A stretch of 64,000 nt of DNA from Patescibacteria group bacterium (GCA_041649475.1 JBAZNA010000001.1:686594-750593), one strand, 5' to 3'. Counted from the stretch's first letter, positions 28,556 to 38,294 are shown. Numbers and translations: made by a program. The notes: generated from the sequence alone by a model not told the origin.

Positions 28556-29035
28556 TTAGGCCAACCGGCCGTGTTTTTCTAAAAAATACACAGAACTGCC
28601 TTCTTTTTCATGACAGTATTTACAGAGCACCTCACCATTTTCCACATCCCACAACTCAAAACAATTTATAGCTTCAGGGACTGAAGTAATGCGATTACTT
28701 CTTACAATCTGACACAATGTTTTTTTGTGATGCACCTCAAGAGCATACTTGCACCCGCATCTCTGACATCTATAACCTGCTCTAAATAAAACTTGCACTC
28801 TCCATCTATAATATTCAAAAGATCTTTGCAGTTCGCTTCTAAATAACTTATACTGTCCAAAATCAAAACCGGTATAAGAAAAAATGTTATATACCTTACA
28901 ACTTGGGCTCTGCTTTTGGTCTTTGTGATCAGTACGAGAATGCTTGATTATTACATACAATAACCAACAAAGCATAGCCAGACCGATTAAATCACCGAGC
29001 GCGGATGTGTTCTCCATAGACCCGTACCCTGACAT
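28556..29035 (-). CDS. HNH endonuclease with N-terminal membrane anchor
   Basis: HNH-like Cys/His motif CQRCG...LEVHH...CKYCH; hydrophobic N-terminal segment. Confidence 0.6.
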   Translation of the reverse strand: MSGYGSMENTSALGDLIGLAMLCWLLYVIIKHSRTDHKDQKQSPSCKVYNIFSYTGFDFGQYKLFRSELQRSFEYYRWRVQVLFRAGYRCQRCGCKYALEVHHKKTLCQIVRSNRITSVPEAINCFELWDVENGEVLCKYCHEKEGSSVYFLEKHGRLA

Positions 29036-29070
29036 AAATCGGCCAAATTGTCAATGTTCAGTCACCTACC

Positions 29071-29658
29071 CTACCTCACCTCCACCCCAACCTCTTTCCC
29101 CTCCGAAATATAGCCCACCAATCGCGCCACCTCGTCTATTGATTTCTGATTGGCAGCAGTCATCTGTCCCGGAGCCGAAACTGCATCCGTCGCCTGTTTT
29201 ATCAGTTCATTCATGGCCTGATTGTAGCCGTTATCATTTTCAAAAATGCGTTTCAAAATCCCCTGGCTGTTTTGCAGAGTAATATCCCCCACCAACCGCG
29301 AATTAAAAATTTCCACGGAAGGAATGTAAACCGTGATTTTGTTTCCATTGATTTTTATATCTTCTTCCTTAAGCTTGGCCAGATCAACTCCGGTATTTAC
29401 TTCAACCACCCCATACGCGTTTATCACCTGCCCCCACAAAAGCCGTTGCCAAAAAGTGTCCTGCTGGGTGGAAATTTTTATGGACTCATTCAAAACATTT
29501 GTCTGCGTAACCAAAAATCCGCGGTCGCGCAGGGCGGTGAGGATTGACTGGCTTGAGACCTTTGTCTGGCCAACACTTCTTGTGGCCCACCAGCCGATAA
29601 ATAGGCCGGCTGCAAAAATTAAAAAGACGATAACGACAGCGTAAATGAATTTTTTCAT
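29071..29658 (-). CDS. Membrane-anchored DUF4230-like protein
   Basis: N-terminal TM plus a ~170 aa soluble domain. The resemblance to DUF4230 proteins is from memory only. Confidence 0.35.
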   Translation of the reverse strand: MKKFIYAVVIVFLIFAAGLFIGWWATRSVGQTKVSSQSILTALRDRGFLVTQTNVLNESIKISTQQDTFWQRLLWGQVINAYGVVEVNTGVDLAKLKEEDIKINGNKITVYIPSVEIFNSRLVGDITLQNSQGILKRIFENDNGYNQAMNELIKQATDAVSAPGQMTAANQKSIDEVARLVGYISEGKEVGVEVR

Positions 29659-29666
29659 AGCATGGT

Positions 29667-30131
29667 TTAGTTTAATCTCATTACACTATATGTCAAAAAA
29701 GTCGCAAACCCCACCCAGGCCAGATATGGCACCAAAAGCCAGGCCGCGAATTTGGAAATCGGCCAAATCATCACAATCAAAACCAACACGGAAATGCCCA
29801 ATAAACCGGCCTCCCAGACAGCCGGGCCAAGCAGATGCAGACCAAAGAACAACACGCTCCAGAACACGTTTAAAAGGGCATTAACGACGAGCGCCGCGCC
29901 GATACCTGTCTTTCTCCGCCCCCAGGCCTTACTCATGGCAATTAGGGCCGAAATGGCGGTCAGAATGAACAAAACCGTCCAAACCGCGCCAATAAAACCG
30001 CCGGATGGGGTAAATGTGGGCAAATTTATGGACCGATACCAGCCCATGTTGAAATACGTCACCAAACCGCCCGCTACCATCGTGGCAATCGTGGCCAGTG
30101 GAATGATTATGTAATTGGCTTTAAAACGCAT
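29667..30131 (-). CDS. tspO: TspO/MBR (tryptophan-rich sensory protein) family
   Basis: 154 aa, 5 TM. Conserved TspO motifs: WYRSINLPTFTPSGGFIGAVWTVLFIL, NALLNVFWSVLFFGLH, LVPYLAWVGFATFLTYSVMRLN. Confidence 0.8.
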   Translation of the reverse strand: MRFKANYIIIPLATIATMVAGGLVTYFNMGWYRSINLPTFTPSGGFIGAVWTVLFILTAISALIAMSKAWGRRKTGIGAALVVNALLNVFWSVLFFGLHLLGPAVWEAGLLGISVLVLIVMIWPISKFAAWLLVPYLAWVGFATFLTYSVMRLN

Positions 30132-30155
30132 AAAAAAATTAGAAAAAATATAAAC

Positions 30156-30617
30156 TTAATTTATATCTCCTCTGATATCAACCGAGTAAAAATATGCTTC
30201 AACCCCTTTTACCTCCGACTCCTTATTATTATTTTTAAACTGCTTAATAAAATCTTTAGTAGATTCTATCCCTTGTTTATCAATAAAGTACGTAACCTTG
30301 ATTGGCACCAGCATACTTGAAATCATGGTCTTTTCAGAAACCGTCACCCAAACCAAATTTTTATTATCCCTCAAATCTTCATCCAAAGGTATCTCCTGAT
30401 GATCGGCTAAATAGTCCTCGTGATCCTGATAAATAAACACGCTTTTGACTTTCTCCGAAACCTCCTCAATATTTTCAAAATTTTGCAGATCAGCCACGGG
30501 TTTGCCAAATCTTAAAGCTTCATGAATGGCCTGCGCGACCATCTCTTTTTCTAATTCAACCTGCGTGGTCTTGTCCTCCAGGTCTATTACCGGTATGCGG
30601 TTATCTAAATTTTCCAT
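30156..30617 (-). CDS. Hypothetical acidic protein (153 aa)
   Basis: ORF with no recognised domain. Confidence 0.35.
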   Translation of the reverse strand: MENLDNRIPVIDLEDKTTQVELEKEMVAQAIHEALRFGKPVADLQNFENIEEVSEKVKSVFIYQDHEDYLADHQEIPLDEDLRDNKNLVWVTVSEKTMISSMLVPIKVTYFIDKQGIESTKDFIKQFKNNNKESEVKGVEAYFYSVDIRGDIN

Positions 30618-30690
30618 AATCTTTTGACAGTTAAAATCTCTGCTCTAATTCTACCTTTTTTTGACTTTTTTGACAAGCCAACCCTCCTGC

Positions 30691-30719
30691 TTGACAAAAC
30701 CGAAAAATTATTTTAAAGT
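30691..30719 (+). promoter_or_regulatory. Sigma-70-like promoter TTGACA-17-TAAAGT upstream of the GC-rich cassette gene
   Basis: Canonical -35/-10 spacing. It is preceded by two further TTGAC half-sites and followed by RBS GAAGGAGAGG 3 nt before the ATG at 30743. Confidence 0.5.
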
Positions 30720-30742
30720 AATCAACCAACGAAGGAGAGGAC

Positions 30743-31051
30743 ATGACCAAAAACGGCACCGCAAACGGCGTGATCACGTTCGGCCAGTTGCAGGCGAAGT
30801 TCATGGAGGTCTTTCCGTCATACCTCAAGGGCCTGGAGGAATACCCCGCGGAGCTCCGCCATAGAATCGCCAAGCTCTGGCTGGACATAGAGGAGATGGC
30901 GTACGAGCGGCTGCGGCACTTTTCCGACGCCTTTCAGCTCCAGGACGTGGAGGTGCCGGTGGGCGTGACGGGTCGCTTCTGCGAGGAGATGGAACAGCTC
31001 CAGCAGGAGTTGAAGTCGGCTCACGACCGGCAGCACGGCGGGCACATCTAG
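30743..31051 (+). CDS. Hypothetical protein (102 aa) in GC-rich cassette
   Basis: GC-rich ORF with a consensus promoter and strong RBS, followed by a bidirectional terminator. No domain recognised. Confidence 0.5.
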   Translation: MTKNGTANGVITFGQLQAKFMEVFPSYLKGLEEYPAELRHRIAKLWLDIEEMAYERLRHFSDAFQLQDVEVPVGVTGRFCEEMEQLQQELKSAHDRQHGGHI

Positions 31052-31096
31052 CGCCGCTGCCCTACAGGTCAACAACGGTCATGTCCAGAATCAAAA

Positions 31097-31134
31097 AGCC
31101 GGTAGGCCTTCGCGCCACCGGCTCATTTTTTTTT
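31097..31134. terminator. Bidirectional rho-independent terminator (agccggt...accggct followed by T9)
   Basis: 7-bp GC-rich stem with a 13-nt loop. A-run upstream and T-run downstream. Confidence 0.6.
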
Positions 31135-31286
31135 AAAAATTATTTTTAGTCACCCTGCGGGAGGGAAAGACCGGCTCCTTTGGTAAAGACGGTCCGCCTG
31201 AGGCAGAAAAGGAGCGAGGTCTGTTCCACAAGGGCAAGATATATATACTGTATAAGTATGAGTTAAACCTGTCAAGAGGGCATTGA

Positions 31287-31358
31287 GCCGATGGTGGGGA
31301 TCAAACCCACGACCTATCGCTTACGAAGCGATTGCTCTATCAACTGAGCTACATCGGC
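31287..31358 (-). tRNA. tRNA-Thr (anticodon CGU), CCA not encoded
   Basis: Acceptor GCCGATG/CATCGGC, D-arm GCTC-AGTTGATA-GAGC, anticodon stem ATCGC/GCGAT with loop UUCGUAA, T-arm GTGGG-TTTGATC-CCCAC. Confidence 0.85.
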
Positions 31359-31366
31359 GCCTTTGT

Positions 31367-34000
31367 TTACCGGTTCGTCAATTTATTCATTTTTTCTTTG
31401 GCCTCATTTAACTTTTCCTTTTCTTTGGCTATAACTTCTTTTGGCGCGTTTTTTATAAAATCTTTATTCGCCAACTTATTTTCCAATCCGGAAATATATT
31501 TTTTCAAATCAGCCGTTTCTTTATTTATGCGCGCCGTTTCTTTTTCCACGTCAACCGCGCCGGATAAATCAATATACACCTCAATTCCGGATATGACAAA
31601 TCCGATGGCGTCTTTCGGCTTATTAAGTTTTTCTTTTATTTCCAAGTTTTCCAAACGGGCCAGATTTTTTATGACCTGCTCTTTTTCTTTTATAGTTTTA
31701 ACTTCGGTGCCGGCGCTGATATGCGCGGACAATTTTTTCCCCGGCTCAATTTTGTAATCCGCCCGCAGTGCCCTGATTCCGGTCACGATCGGCTGGATAA
31801 TCTTTTCAAATTTTATTACTTCTTTATCCGCCTTTGATTTAGTTTGTGCTATCGGCCACTTTTCCACCATCAGCAAATTATCCTGTCCGTAAACTTCTTT
31901 CCAAACCGTTTCCGTCACAAACGGCATATACGGATGCCAGAGTTTTAAGATTGTATTTAAAATATAATTTAAAACTTCTGATTTATTGCCTTCAATTTTG
32001 GCAATCTCCAAGTACCAATCAGCCAAGTCCCCCCAGGTGAAATCACGCAATCTCTCCCCTGCCAAAGAAAAATTAAAGTCCTCAATATTTTTGGTAGTTT
32101 CACCTACAATTAGATGTAATTTATTTAAAATCCATTTATCAGCCAGGGTTTTTGCGGTCGGCTCTTTTGCGTCGGCTTTTGGCGCCTCAATATTTAATAA
32201 AATAAATCTGGAAATATTCCAAAGTTTATTCGTAAAATTTCTAAAACCGGCAATTTTTTCTTCATATAGTTTTATATCGTTCCCCGGTGTGTTGCCAATA
32301 AGCAAAGACAGTCGGGTCGCGTCTGTGCCGTATTTGGCGATCATATCTAAAGGGTCAATCACATTACCCAATGATTTGCTCATCTTTCTCCCCTGCTCGT
32401 CGCGCACCAAACCGTGCAAATAGACCTTTTCAAACGGAACTTCGCCCAAAACATAGGTGGTCATCAAAATCATTCTCGCCACCCAGAAAAATAAAATATC
32501 ATAGCCGGTTTCCATCACTGAATTCGGATGATAATTTTTTAAGTCCTCGGTTTTTTCCGGCCAGCCCAGAGTGGAGAAAGTCCACAAACCCGAACTGAAC
32601 CAAGTGTCCAAGGTATCTTGATCCTGTTTCCAGCCCTCGCCTTTTGGCGCTTCCACGCCCACATAAACTTCTTCCGCCTTTGGCCCGGTCCGATACCAAA
32701 CCGGAATTCTGTGCCCATACCAAATCTGGCGGGAAATGCACCAGTCGCGCAAATTATCTATCCAGTGAAAGTATATTTTAACAAATCTGTCCGGAATGAT
32801 TTCAATCTTTTTGTCTTTCACCACTTTTTGCATCAGTTGTTTCAAACTCGCTTTCCGGCGCGCGATTTTTTTATTTACGTCAATAAACCATTGCTGTGAT
32901 GGGAGCGGCTCAATCGGCGTGCCGCAACGGTAACAAACCGACAAGTTATTTTGTGCATCTTCTTCTTTTTCCAAAATTCCGGCCGTGCGCGAATTTTCCA
33001 CCACTTTTTTTCGCGCCTCAACCACGCCTAAACCCGCGTACTGCGAACCGGCCTTGTCGGTGATTTTGCCGTCTTCATCAATAATTTTAATTATTTCCAA
33101 TTTATTTTTTATCGCCATGCCGTAGTCAACCAAACTGTGCGCCGGAGTCACACCCAATGCGCCCGTGCCGAAATCCATATCCACCTGCGCGTCGCCAATT
33201 ACTTTTATTTTCAAATCCGGCCCGCCGGCAAATTTTTTAATTTCAAAAACCTGGCCAATATATTTTTTATATCTCTTGTCTTTCGGATTGACAGCCACGG
33301 CCGTATCCCCTAATTTTGTCTCCGGCCGGGTGGTAGAAATCGCAAAAGGAAAATCTTTGCTGTATTTAAAGGTGTATAATTTCGCTTTCTGTTCTTTATA
33401 CTCCACCTCATCATCCGCCAAAGTGGTATGACAGCTCGGACACCAATTCACAATCCGGTAGCCGCGGTAAATCAAACCATCGTCATACATCATTTTAAAA
33501 ACCGTGCGCACGGCCAAGTTGCGCTTATCATCCAGTGTAAACGCCTCGCGGCTCCAATCCAAAGACGAGCCCATTTTTTTACACTGACTAACAATCGTGT
33601 CATGAGATTTTTGCGCAAATTTATTTACTTCATCCAAAAATTTTTCCCGGCCCAGTTCGGCCCGCGGATTTTTCATTCCCTGCCCGATGAGTAGTTTCTC
33701 AACTTTTGCCTGTGTAGCAATGGCCGCATGATCTGTACCCGGCACCCACAGGGTTTTGTCGCCTTTCATGCGGTGATAGCGCACCATCACATCTTCAATC
33801 GCGAGCATGGTCGCATGACCCAAATGCAAAGTTCCGGTGACGTTCGGCGGCGGTAAAACAATGGAAAACGGCTTCGCTTTTGGCCCGGCCACGCCTTTTT
33901 TGACGCAAACATCCGGATTAAAAAATCCGGACTGCTCCCATTTTTTATAAATCTCATCCTCGTAATTTTTTGGCTCGTAGGCCTTGGATAATTCGCGCAT
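31367..34000 (-). CDS. valS: Valine--tRNA ligase
   Basis: 877 aa with HIGH (PNVTGTLHLGH) and KMSKS (KMSKSLGN) motifs, a C-terminal coiled coil and an editing domain. Confidence 0.95.
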   Translation of the reverse strand: MRELSKAYEPKNYEDEIYKKWEQSGFFNPDVCVKKGVAGPKAKPFSIVLPPPNVTGTLHLGHATMLAIEDVMVRYHRMKGDKTLWVPGTDHAAIATQAKVEKLLIGQGMKNPRAELGREKFLDEVNKFAQKSHDTIVSQCKKMGSSLDWSREAFTLDDKRNLAVRTVFKMMYDDGLIYRGYRIVNWCPSCHTTLADDEVEYKEQKAKLYTFKYSKDFPFAISTTRPETKLGDTAVAVNPKDKRYKKYIGQVFEIKKFAGGPDLKIKVIGDAQVDMDFGTGALGVTPAHSLVDYGMAIKNKLEIIKIIDEDGKITDKAGSQYAGLGVVEARKKVVENSRTAGILEKEEDAQNNLSVCYRCGTPIEPLPSQQWFIDVNKKIARRKASLKQLMQKVVKDKKIEIIPDRFVKIYFHWIDNLRDWCISRQIWYGHRIPVWYRTGPKAEEVYVGVEAPKGEGWKQDQDTLDTWFSSGLWTFSTLGWPEKTEDLKNYHPNSVMETGYDILFFWVARMILMTTYVLGEVPFEKVYLHGLVRDEQGRKMSKSLGNVIDPLDMIAKYGTDATRLSLLIGNTPGNDIKLYEEKIAGFRNFTNKLWNISRFILLNIEAPKADAKEPTAKTLADKWILNKLHLIVGETTKNIEDFNFSLAGERLRDFTWGDLADWYLEIAKIEGNKSEVLNYILNTILKLWHPYMPFVTETVWKEVYGQDNLLMVEKWPIAQTKSKADKEVIKFEKIIQPIVTGIRALRADYKIEPGKKLSAHISAGTEVKTIKEKEQVIKNLARLENLEIKEKLNKPKDAIGFVISGIEVYIDLSGAVDVEKETARINKETADLKKYISGLENKLANKDFIKNAPKEVIAKEKEKLNEAKEKMNKLTNR

Positions 34001-34030
34001 AAAAACTATTTAAACCGGCGCTGGCGCGCC

Positions 34031-34104
34031 TGGAGCGGGATACGGGAATCGAACCCGCGTCTTAACCTTGGGAAGGTCACATACTACCATTGTAATAATC
34101 CCGC
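34031..34104 (-). tRNA. tRNA-Gly (anticodon CCC), CCA encoded
   Basis: Acceptor GCGGGAT/ATCCCGC, anticodon loop UUCCCAA, T-arm GCGGG-TTCGATT-CCCGT. 3' end TCCA. Confidence 0.8.
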
Positions 34105-34140
34105 TTTTCAAAGGGGTCGCCTTTAGGCGACCCCTGCGCT

Positions 34141-35190
34141 TTATTGTTGTGTACTGGTGCTTGGTAAAAACGGATTATGAACATTGATATACAGATGGTA
34201 ATCTGTCTGCTTGGAGATCCTATCTAAATATGTGCCCAAATCCAAATACGGAAACAGAATATGACTGGCGCGAATCTCGTCTTTTGTCACTGACTTGCCG
34301 GTAGTGGCGTCTTTGGCAGTGGTGGTGCGCTTGTCAACCAGCTTGATTATATGATATCCAAATTGTGTTTCAACCAAAACCGGATCAACCTCGCCTTTTT
34401 TCAAAGAGAAAGCGGCAGTTTCAAATTGCGGTACCATATCGCCTTTGCCAAACCAGCCCAAGTCCCCGCCCTGTTCGGCCGTGGCATCACTACCGTATTG
34501 TTTCGCCATGGTCGCGAAATCAGCGCCGTTTAAAATCTGACTCAAGACCTGCTGGGCTTGATTTCTGATATCGGTTTGCAAAGTCGGATCAGCGGCAATC
34601 GCGTCTGATAATTTATTCTGCAAAATAAACGGCTTCATTACTTTTTCCTGATACTGGGCCATTGTCCAACCGTATCTTTTCATCAATTGCGCGTTGGCAT
34701 CGGCTTCATCTTTGAATTGTTGCAACATCTGGGCTTTCAGATCACTGATGTCTTTGTCGGTCACTGAAAGGTTATAATTTTTAGCCGCTTTGTTTACCAA
34801 AATCATATTGGACAGGCGCAATAAAACCTGATCGGACATTTGTTCCGCGGTTAACTCGGCGCCCGGGCCGTTATTGGCCTTGTCATATTGTTGCATGACA
34901 TGGATGGCTTTCAAATCACTCAAGTAATCGGAATACAAAACTTTCTGGTCGCCGACTTTCAAAGCCGGCAAACGCAAAATGCTGGCAACGGTGGCGGTAA
35001 ACGGATCAGTGGCCACTTGAGCATATGCCCGGTAAGTGCCAAAAGCGATGGCGCCCAAAATCACCAAACCGACCAGCCCGATTAAACCGAATAAAAACAT
35101 TCTAAAATTTGACTTAGATTTTACTTCTCCTCCCTCTGTGTTTGTTGTTGTCTCCATAGATAAATTATTTATTATTATTTTAATGGACAA
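34141..35190 (-). CDS. Membrane-anchored PpiC/parvulin-type peptidyl-prolyl isomerase (PrsA/SurA-like)
   Basis: N-terminal TM, SurA-N-like helical region, and a parvulin domain (GGDLGWFGKGDMVPQFETAAFSLKKGE...GYHIIKL). Confidence 0.7.
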   Translation of the reverse strand: MSIKIIINNLSMETTTNTEGGEVKSKSNFRMFLFGLIGLVGLVILGAIAFGTYRAYAQVATDPFTATVASILRLPALKVGDQKVLYSDYLSDLKAIHVMQQYDKANNGPGAELTAEQMSDQVLLRLSNMILVNKAAKNYNLSVTDKDISDLKAQMLQQFKDEADANAQLMKRYGWTMAQYQEKVMKPFILQNKLSDAIAADPTLQTDIRNQAQQVLSQILNGADFATMAKQYGSDATAEQGGDLGWFGKGDMVPQFETAAFSLKKGEVDPVLVETQFGYHIIKLVDKRTTTAKDATTGKSVTKDEIRASHILFPYLDLGTYLDRISKQTDYHLYINVHNPFLPSTSTQQ

Positions 35191-35569
35191 AATAATTCCA
35201 CCATTTTATATAGTTTGGAACGTCACTTAAGCTTACCATATCCGCTTTTTGTTGTCTATTGTCACCGGCTCTGCCTTGGCTGGGAATAACCGCGACCTGC
35301 TCTCCGGGCTTGATCATATTCAGTTCACTGCGCGCCTTGGCCTCCACAAAATCGCTTGATTTAACGTATTTTAAGACCTCCAACAGCTGAATTTTTTTGG
35401 CTTCCAGATTGCCGGCGTCGGCCTGAAGCTGGGCAATTTCCTGACGGACCTGATAGTCCTGAAAATACGCCCGGGCGTAAGCAAAAATTACCATAATTGC
35501 CATTATGGCCGCTATCAGCAGAAATATCCGCGAACCAAAAAATTTTTTCCATCCGCTTTCGGAAACCAT
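35180..35569 (-). CDS. Septum formation initiator FtsB/DivIC-family protein
   Basis: 129 aa with an N-terminal TM, a coiled coil (QEIAQLQADAGNLEAKKIQLLE) and a conserved C-terminal VKPGE-like segment. Confidence 0.55.
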   Translation of the reverse strand: MVSESGWKKFFGSRIFLLIAAIMAIMVIFAYARAYFQDYQVRQEIAQLQADAGNLEAKKIQLLEVLKYVKSSDFVEAKARSELNMIKPGEQVAVIPSQGRAGDNRQQKADMVSLSDVPNYIKWWNYFVH

Positions 35570-35576
35570 ATTATAA

Positions 35577-36218
35577 TTATATCAAAGATCCGCCATCTTT
35601 TCCACCAACTTTTTCCAACTGAATTCTGGTCAATTCCAATACCGCCGCCAAATCTTCGGCTGATAAATTAGGAATTAATTTTATAAAATTTTCATAAACC
35701 GCCCTGGTGCTGGCCAGATGGCGATTTTGCCGGTATTTTTCATCCGCTTGGACGATTATATTATGAACTTTCTGCGGATCGCGCACGGCGCTCACATCCA
35801 AAACAAAATGCTCGCTGTTTGTCTGGATTATTATATTTCCATAACCGAACACATTGGCAAACACGCCTTTTTTCCTGATGGAAATATCTTTTATGTCCGT
35901 ATAACTGACCGAAGTGACCACTTCATCAAACAACGAAGATCTTTGCACGTCAACAATGCGTTCGCTGGTGATAATAAAAATATTGACGTGATTGTAAAAC
36001 CAGACGCGGAAGATTATAAACAACCCGGCTAACATACCAAGGGCAAAAATCACATCACCCCACCAACTGAAAGACAGCAGTTTAAACATGAAAAACGAAT
36101 CGGCAAATAAGATTGTCAGACCGACTGAATATTTCCAAAAATAAGTCAGGGCGTATCTTTCCACCACCGAGAGAATTTGCTCGTTTTCGCGAAGATGAAT
36201 TTTTTTTGCTATTGACAT
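35577..36218 (-). CDS. Membrane protein with bacterial PH (bPH_2) domain
   Basis: 2 TM then ITSERIVDVQRSSLFDEVVTSVSYTDIKDISIRKKGVF (YdbS/YdbT-like). Confidence 0.45.
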   Translation of the reverse strand: MSIAKKIHLRENEQILSVVERYALTYFWKYSVGLTILFADSFFMFKLLSFSWWGDVIFALGMLAGLFIIFRVWFYNHVNIFIITSERIVDVQRSSLFDEVVTSVSYTDIKDISIRKKGVFANVFGYGNIIIQTNSEHFVLDVSAVRDPQKVHNIIVQADEKYRQNRHLASTRAVYENFIKLIPNLSAEDLAAVLELTRIQLEKVGGKDGGSLI

Positions 36219-37495
36219 AAAATTTCTTTGGCGACTTGGCGGTCATCCCAGGGGATTTTTTTGCCATTGGCCACGACAATGCACGGTTCAGTGCCCTTGG
36301 CCGTGATGGCAATTATATCCCCGGCTTTGGCCATTGTTATGGCTTTCTCTATCGCCCGGCGCCGGTCAACTTCTATGAATAAATTTTCATTGTTTGTTTT
36401 ATTTGCATGCCGCGCGCCAACTGCCAGCATCTCGGCAATTTGATTTGGGTCTTCATCAAAACAATTTACGTCGGTAATAATTACCACATCACAAAGCCGG
36501 CCGGCAATCTCGCCCATTTTTTCACGCTTGCTTTTATCGCGGCCGCCACCGTCAGAACCGACCAAACCGATTAATTTGCCTGTCGGACCGAGCATTTTGC
36601 GCAAATTTGTAAATAATTCCGTTAAACTTAACGGCTCGTGCGCGTAATCAACAATCACCTTAAAATCCTGCCCCGGATTGACCACTTCCATCCGGCCTTC
36701 AATCAATTTAACATTTTTCAAGCCGCTATCGATTTTTTCTTCAGGAATATTTTGCGATTTGGCCACGGCAATGGCGGCCAGGGCATTATAGACATTAAAA
36801 TCCCCTAAAATATTTATATGATAATTATGATTATTTACTGAAAATTCTGATCCGGTTTCTGTGGAAGCCAAAATCTTACCGGTAATATTTTTTAAATTCG
36901 GTTTTGTGTTTTTTATTCCAAAGCCGAATTTTTCATCAGCCGAAAATTGTAAATAATAATCGCTGTGCTGGTCGTCAATATTTACCACAGCCACCTTTGG
37001 CACTTTTTTGTTATCAAAAACCTTTTTGGCCTGTTTCATCAGTTGCGCAAAAATAATGCCCTTGTCGCGTTTTAAATTTTCAAATCCGCCATGCGCCTCC
37101 ACGTGTTCCGGCGCCAAATTGGTAAACACCACCACGTCATAATTCAAACCGTAATGGCGATACTGCAAAATTCCCTGCGAAGATGTCTCCACCACCACAT
37201 ACCGGCACCCGGCTTGCACCATTTGTTTTAACATTTTTTGAATTTCCCCACGGCCGAGCATGGTCATTTTTTTATCATTGAGCCAGCGCTTTTCGCCAAT
37301 TTGAAATTCAACCGTGCTTAGCATCCCCACCTTTTGCCCGCCGGCTTCCAAAACCGAAGAAATCAATCTGCAGGTGGTTGATTTGCCTTTAGTGCCGGTG
37401 ACTCCGACCACGATTAATTTTCGGGAAGGCCGGCCATACCACCAATAGGCCAAGAGGGCCAGTTTAAAATGAAAAAGTTTTTTCAGTAATCCCAT
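36209..37495 (-). CDS. Mur ligase family protein (MurE-like, lacking long N-terminal domain)
   Basis: P-loop GVTGTKGKSTT, motif VVFTNLAPEHVEAHGGFENL, C-terminal Mur ligase domain. Confidence 0.6.
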   Translation of the reverse strand: MGLLKKLFHFKLALLAYWWYGRPSRKLIVVGVTGTKGKSTTCRLISSVLEAGGQKVGMLSTVEFQIGEKRWLNDKKMTMLGRGEIQKMLKQMVQAGCRYVVVETSSQGILQYRHYGLNYDVVVFTNLAPEHVEAHGGFENLKRDKGIIFAQLMKQAKKVFDNKKVPKVAVVNIDDQHSDYYLQFSADEKFGFGIKNTKPNLKNITGKILASTETGSEFSVNNHNYHINILGDFNVYNALAAIAVAKSQNIPEEKIDSGLKNVKLIEGRMEVVNPGQDFKVIVDYAHEPLSLTELFTNLRKMLGPTGKLIGLVGSDGGGRDKSKREKMGEIAGRLCDVVIITDVNCFDEDPNQIAEMLAVGARHANKTNNENLFIEVDRRRAIEKAITMAKAGDIIAITAKGTEPCIVVANGKKIPWDDRQVAKEILCQ

Positions 37496-37509
37496 ATTTT
37501 ATGGTCGCG

Positions 37510-38088
37510 CTATAACTTTTTTAAACTGACTTCATAAACAACCTGCTCCAGTTTATTTAACGCCTGCTTGGCCTGATCAAATTTTTGGCGGTTATAACCG
37601 GTCAAATCCATATCAACCAGCTCGCCGATAATTTCTTCAGCCACAGCATAACATTTTTTTACTTCATCAAATTTTCTGGCAGTGGCCGATTTGATGGCAT
37701 ACCGCAAAAGTTCGCCCGGCACATCGCATAAACCGCCGATAAAAGTGTCGCAATCAATTTCCAAATTTTTTATTTTCCCCAGGGTCTTGCCGGCCAAAAA
37801 TTGTTCAAACAGCGAGGCCTCGGTGTATTCTTCCAAAGCCGCGCGGTATGAACCCTCGTCAAAAAGATCTTCATCTTCTTTATATTTTTTATTTAACTCA
37901 AGCAAAATCTGACCGGCAGAAGCCAAGACCTCGGCTCCGTCTTTATCATCGCGCTGAAAGGCAAAAATCGCTTTTTTAGACAGGTGCTGGGCGTCTCCGG
38001 CGGCCTTAATAACCTCACGTCTTTTTTGCGCATAACTTAACAAATCCTGGCGTATCTCGTTTAGATATTTTTTATCCAACATACACAA
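37510..38088 (-). CDS. Hypothetical helical protein (192 aa)
   Basis: No confidently recognised domain; possibly translin/DUF47-like helical bundle. Confidence 0.3.
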   Translation of the reverse strand: MCMLDKKYLNEIRQDLLSYAQKRREVIKAAGDAQHLSKKAIFAFQRDDKDGAEVLASAGQILLELNKKYKEDEDLFDEGSYRAALEEYTEASLFEQFLAGKTLGKIKNLEIDCDTFIGGLCDVPGELLRYAIKSATARKFDEVKKCYAVAEEIIGELVDMDLTGYNRQKFDQAKQALNKLEQVVYEVSLKKL

Positions 38089-38168
38089 AAATTAAAGATT
38101 TCCCCAAGGGGGTCTTGATTTTTTTCTGAATTTAGTTTATCATTATTAAAGTTAAAAGTCCATAAATT

Positions 38169-38241
<73 letters not shown>

Positions 38242-38294
38242 CAAATTTAAAATCGCCGCGGAAGCGGTGGTTTTTTATTTTATCAATCTGGGTA

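Noticed and set aside
30818-31075. 85-aa minus-strand ORF antisense to the cassette gene 30743..31051
   Set aside because: Shadow ORF in GC-rich DNA with no start context; the plus-strand gene has a consensus promoter and RBS.
31332-31757. 141-aa plus-strand ORF overlapping the 3' end of valS and tRNA-Thr
   Set aside because: Lies entirely antisense to the well-supported valS; low-complexity hydrophobic translation.
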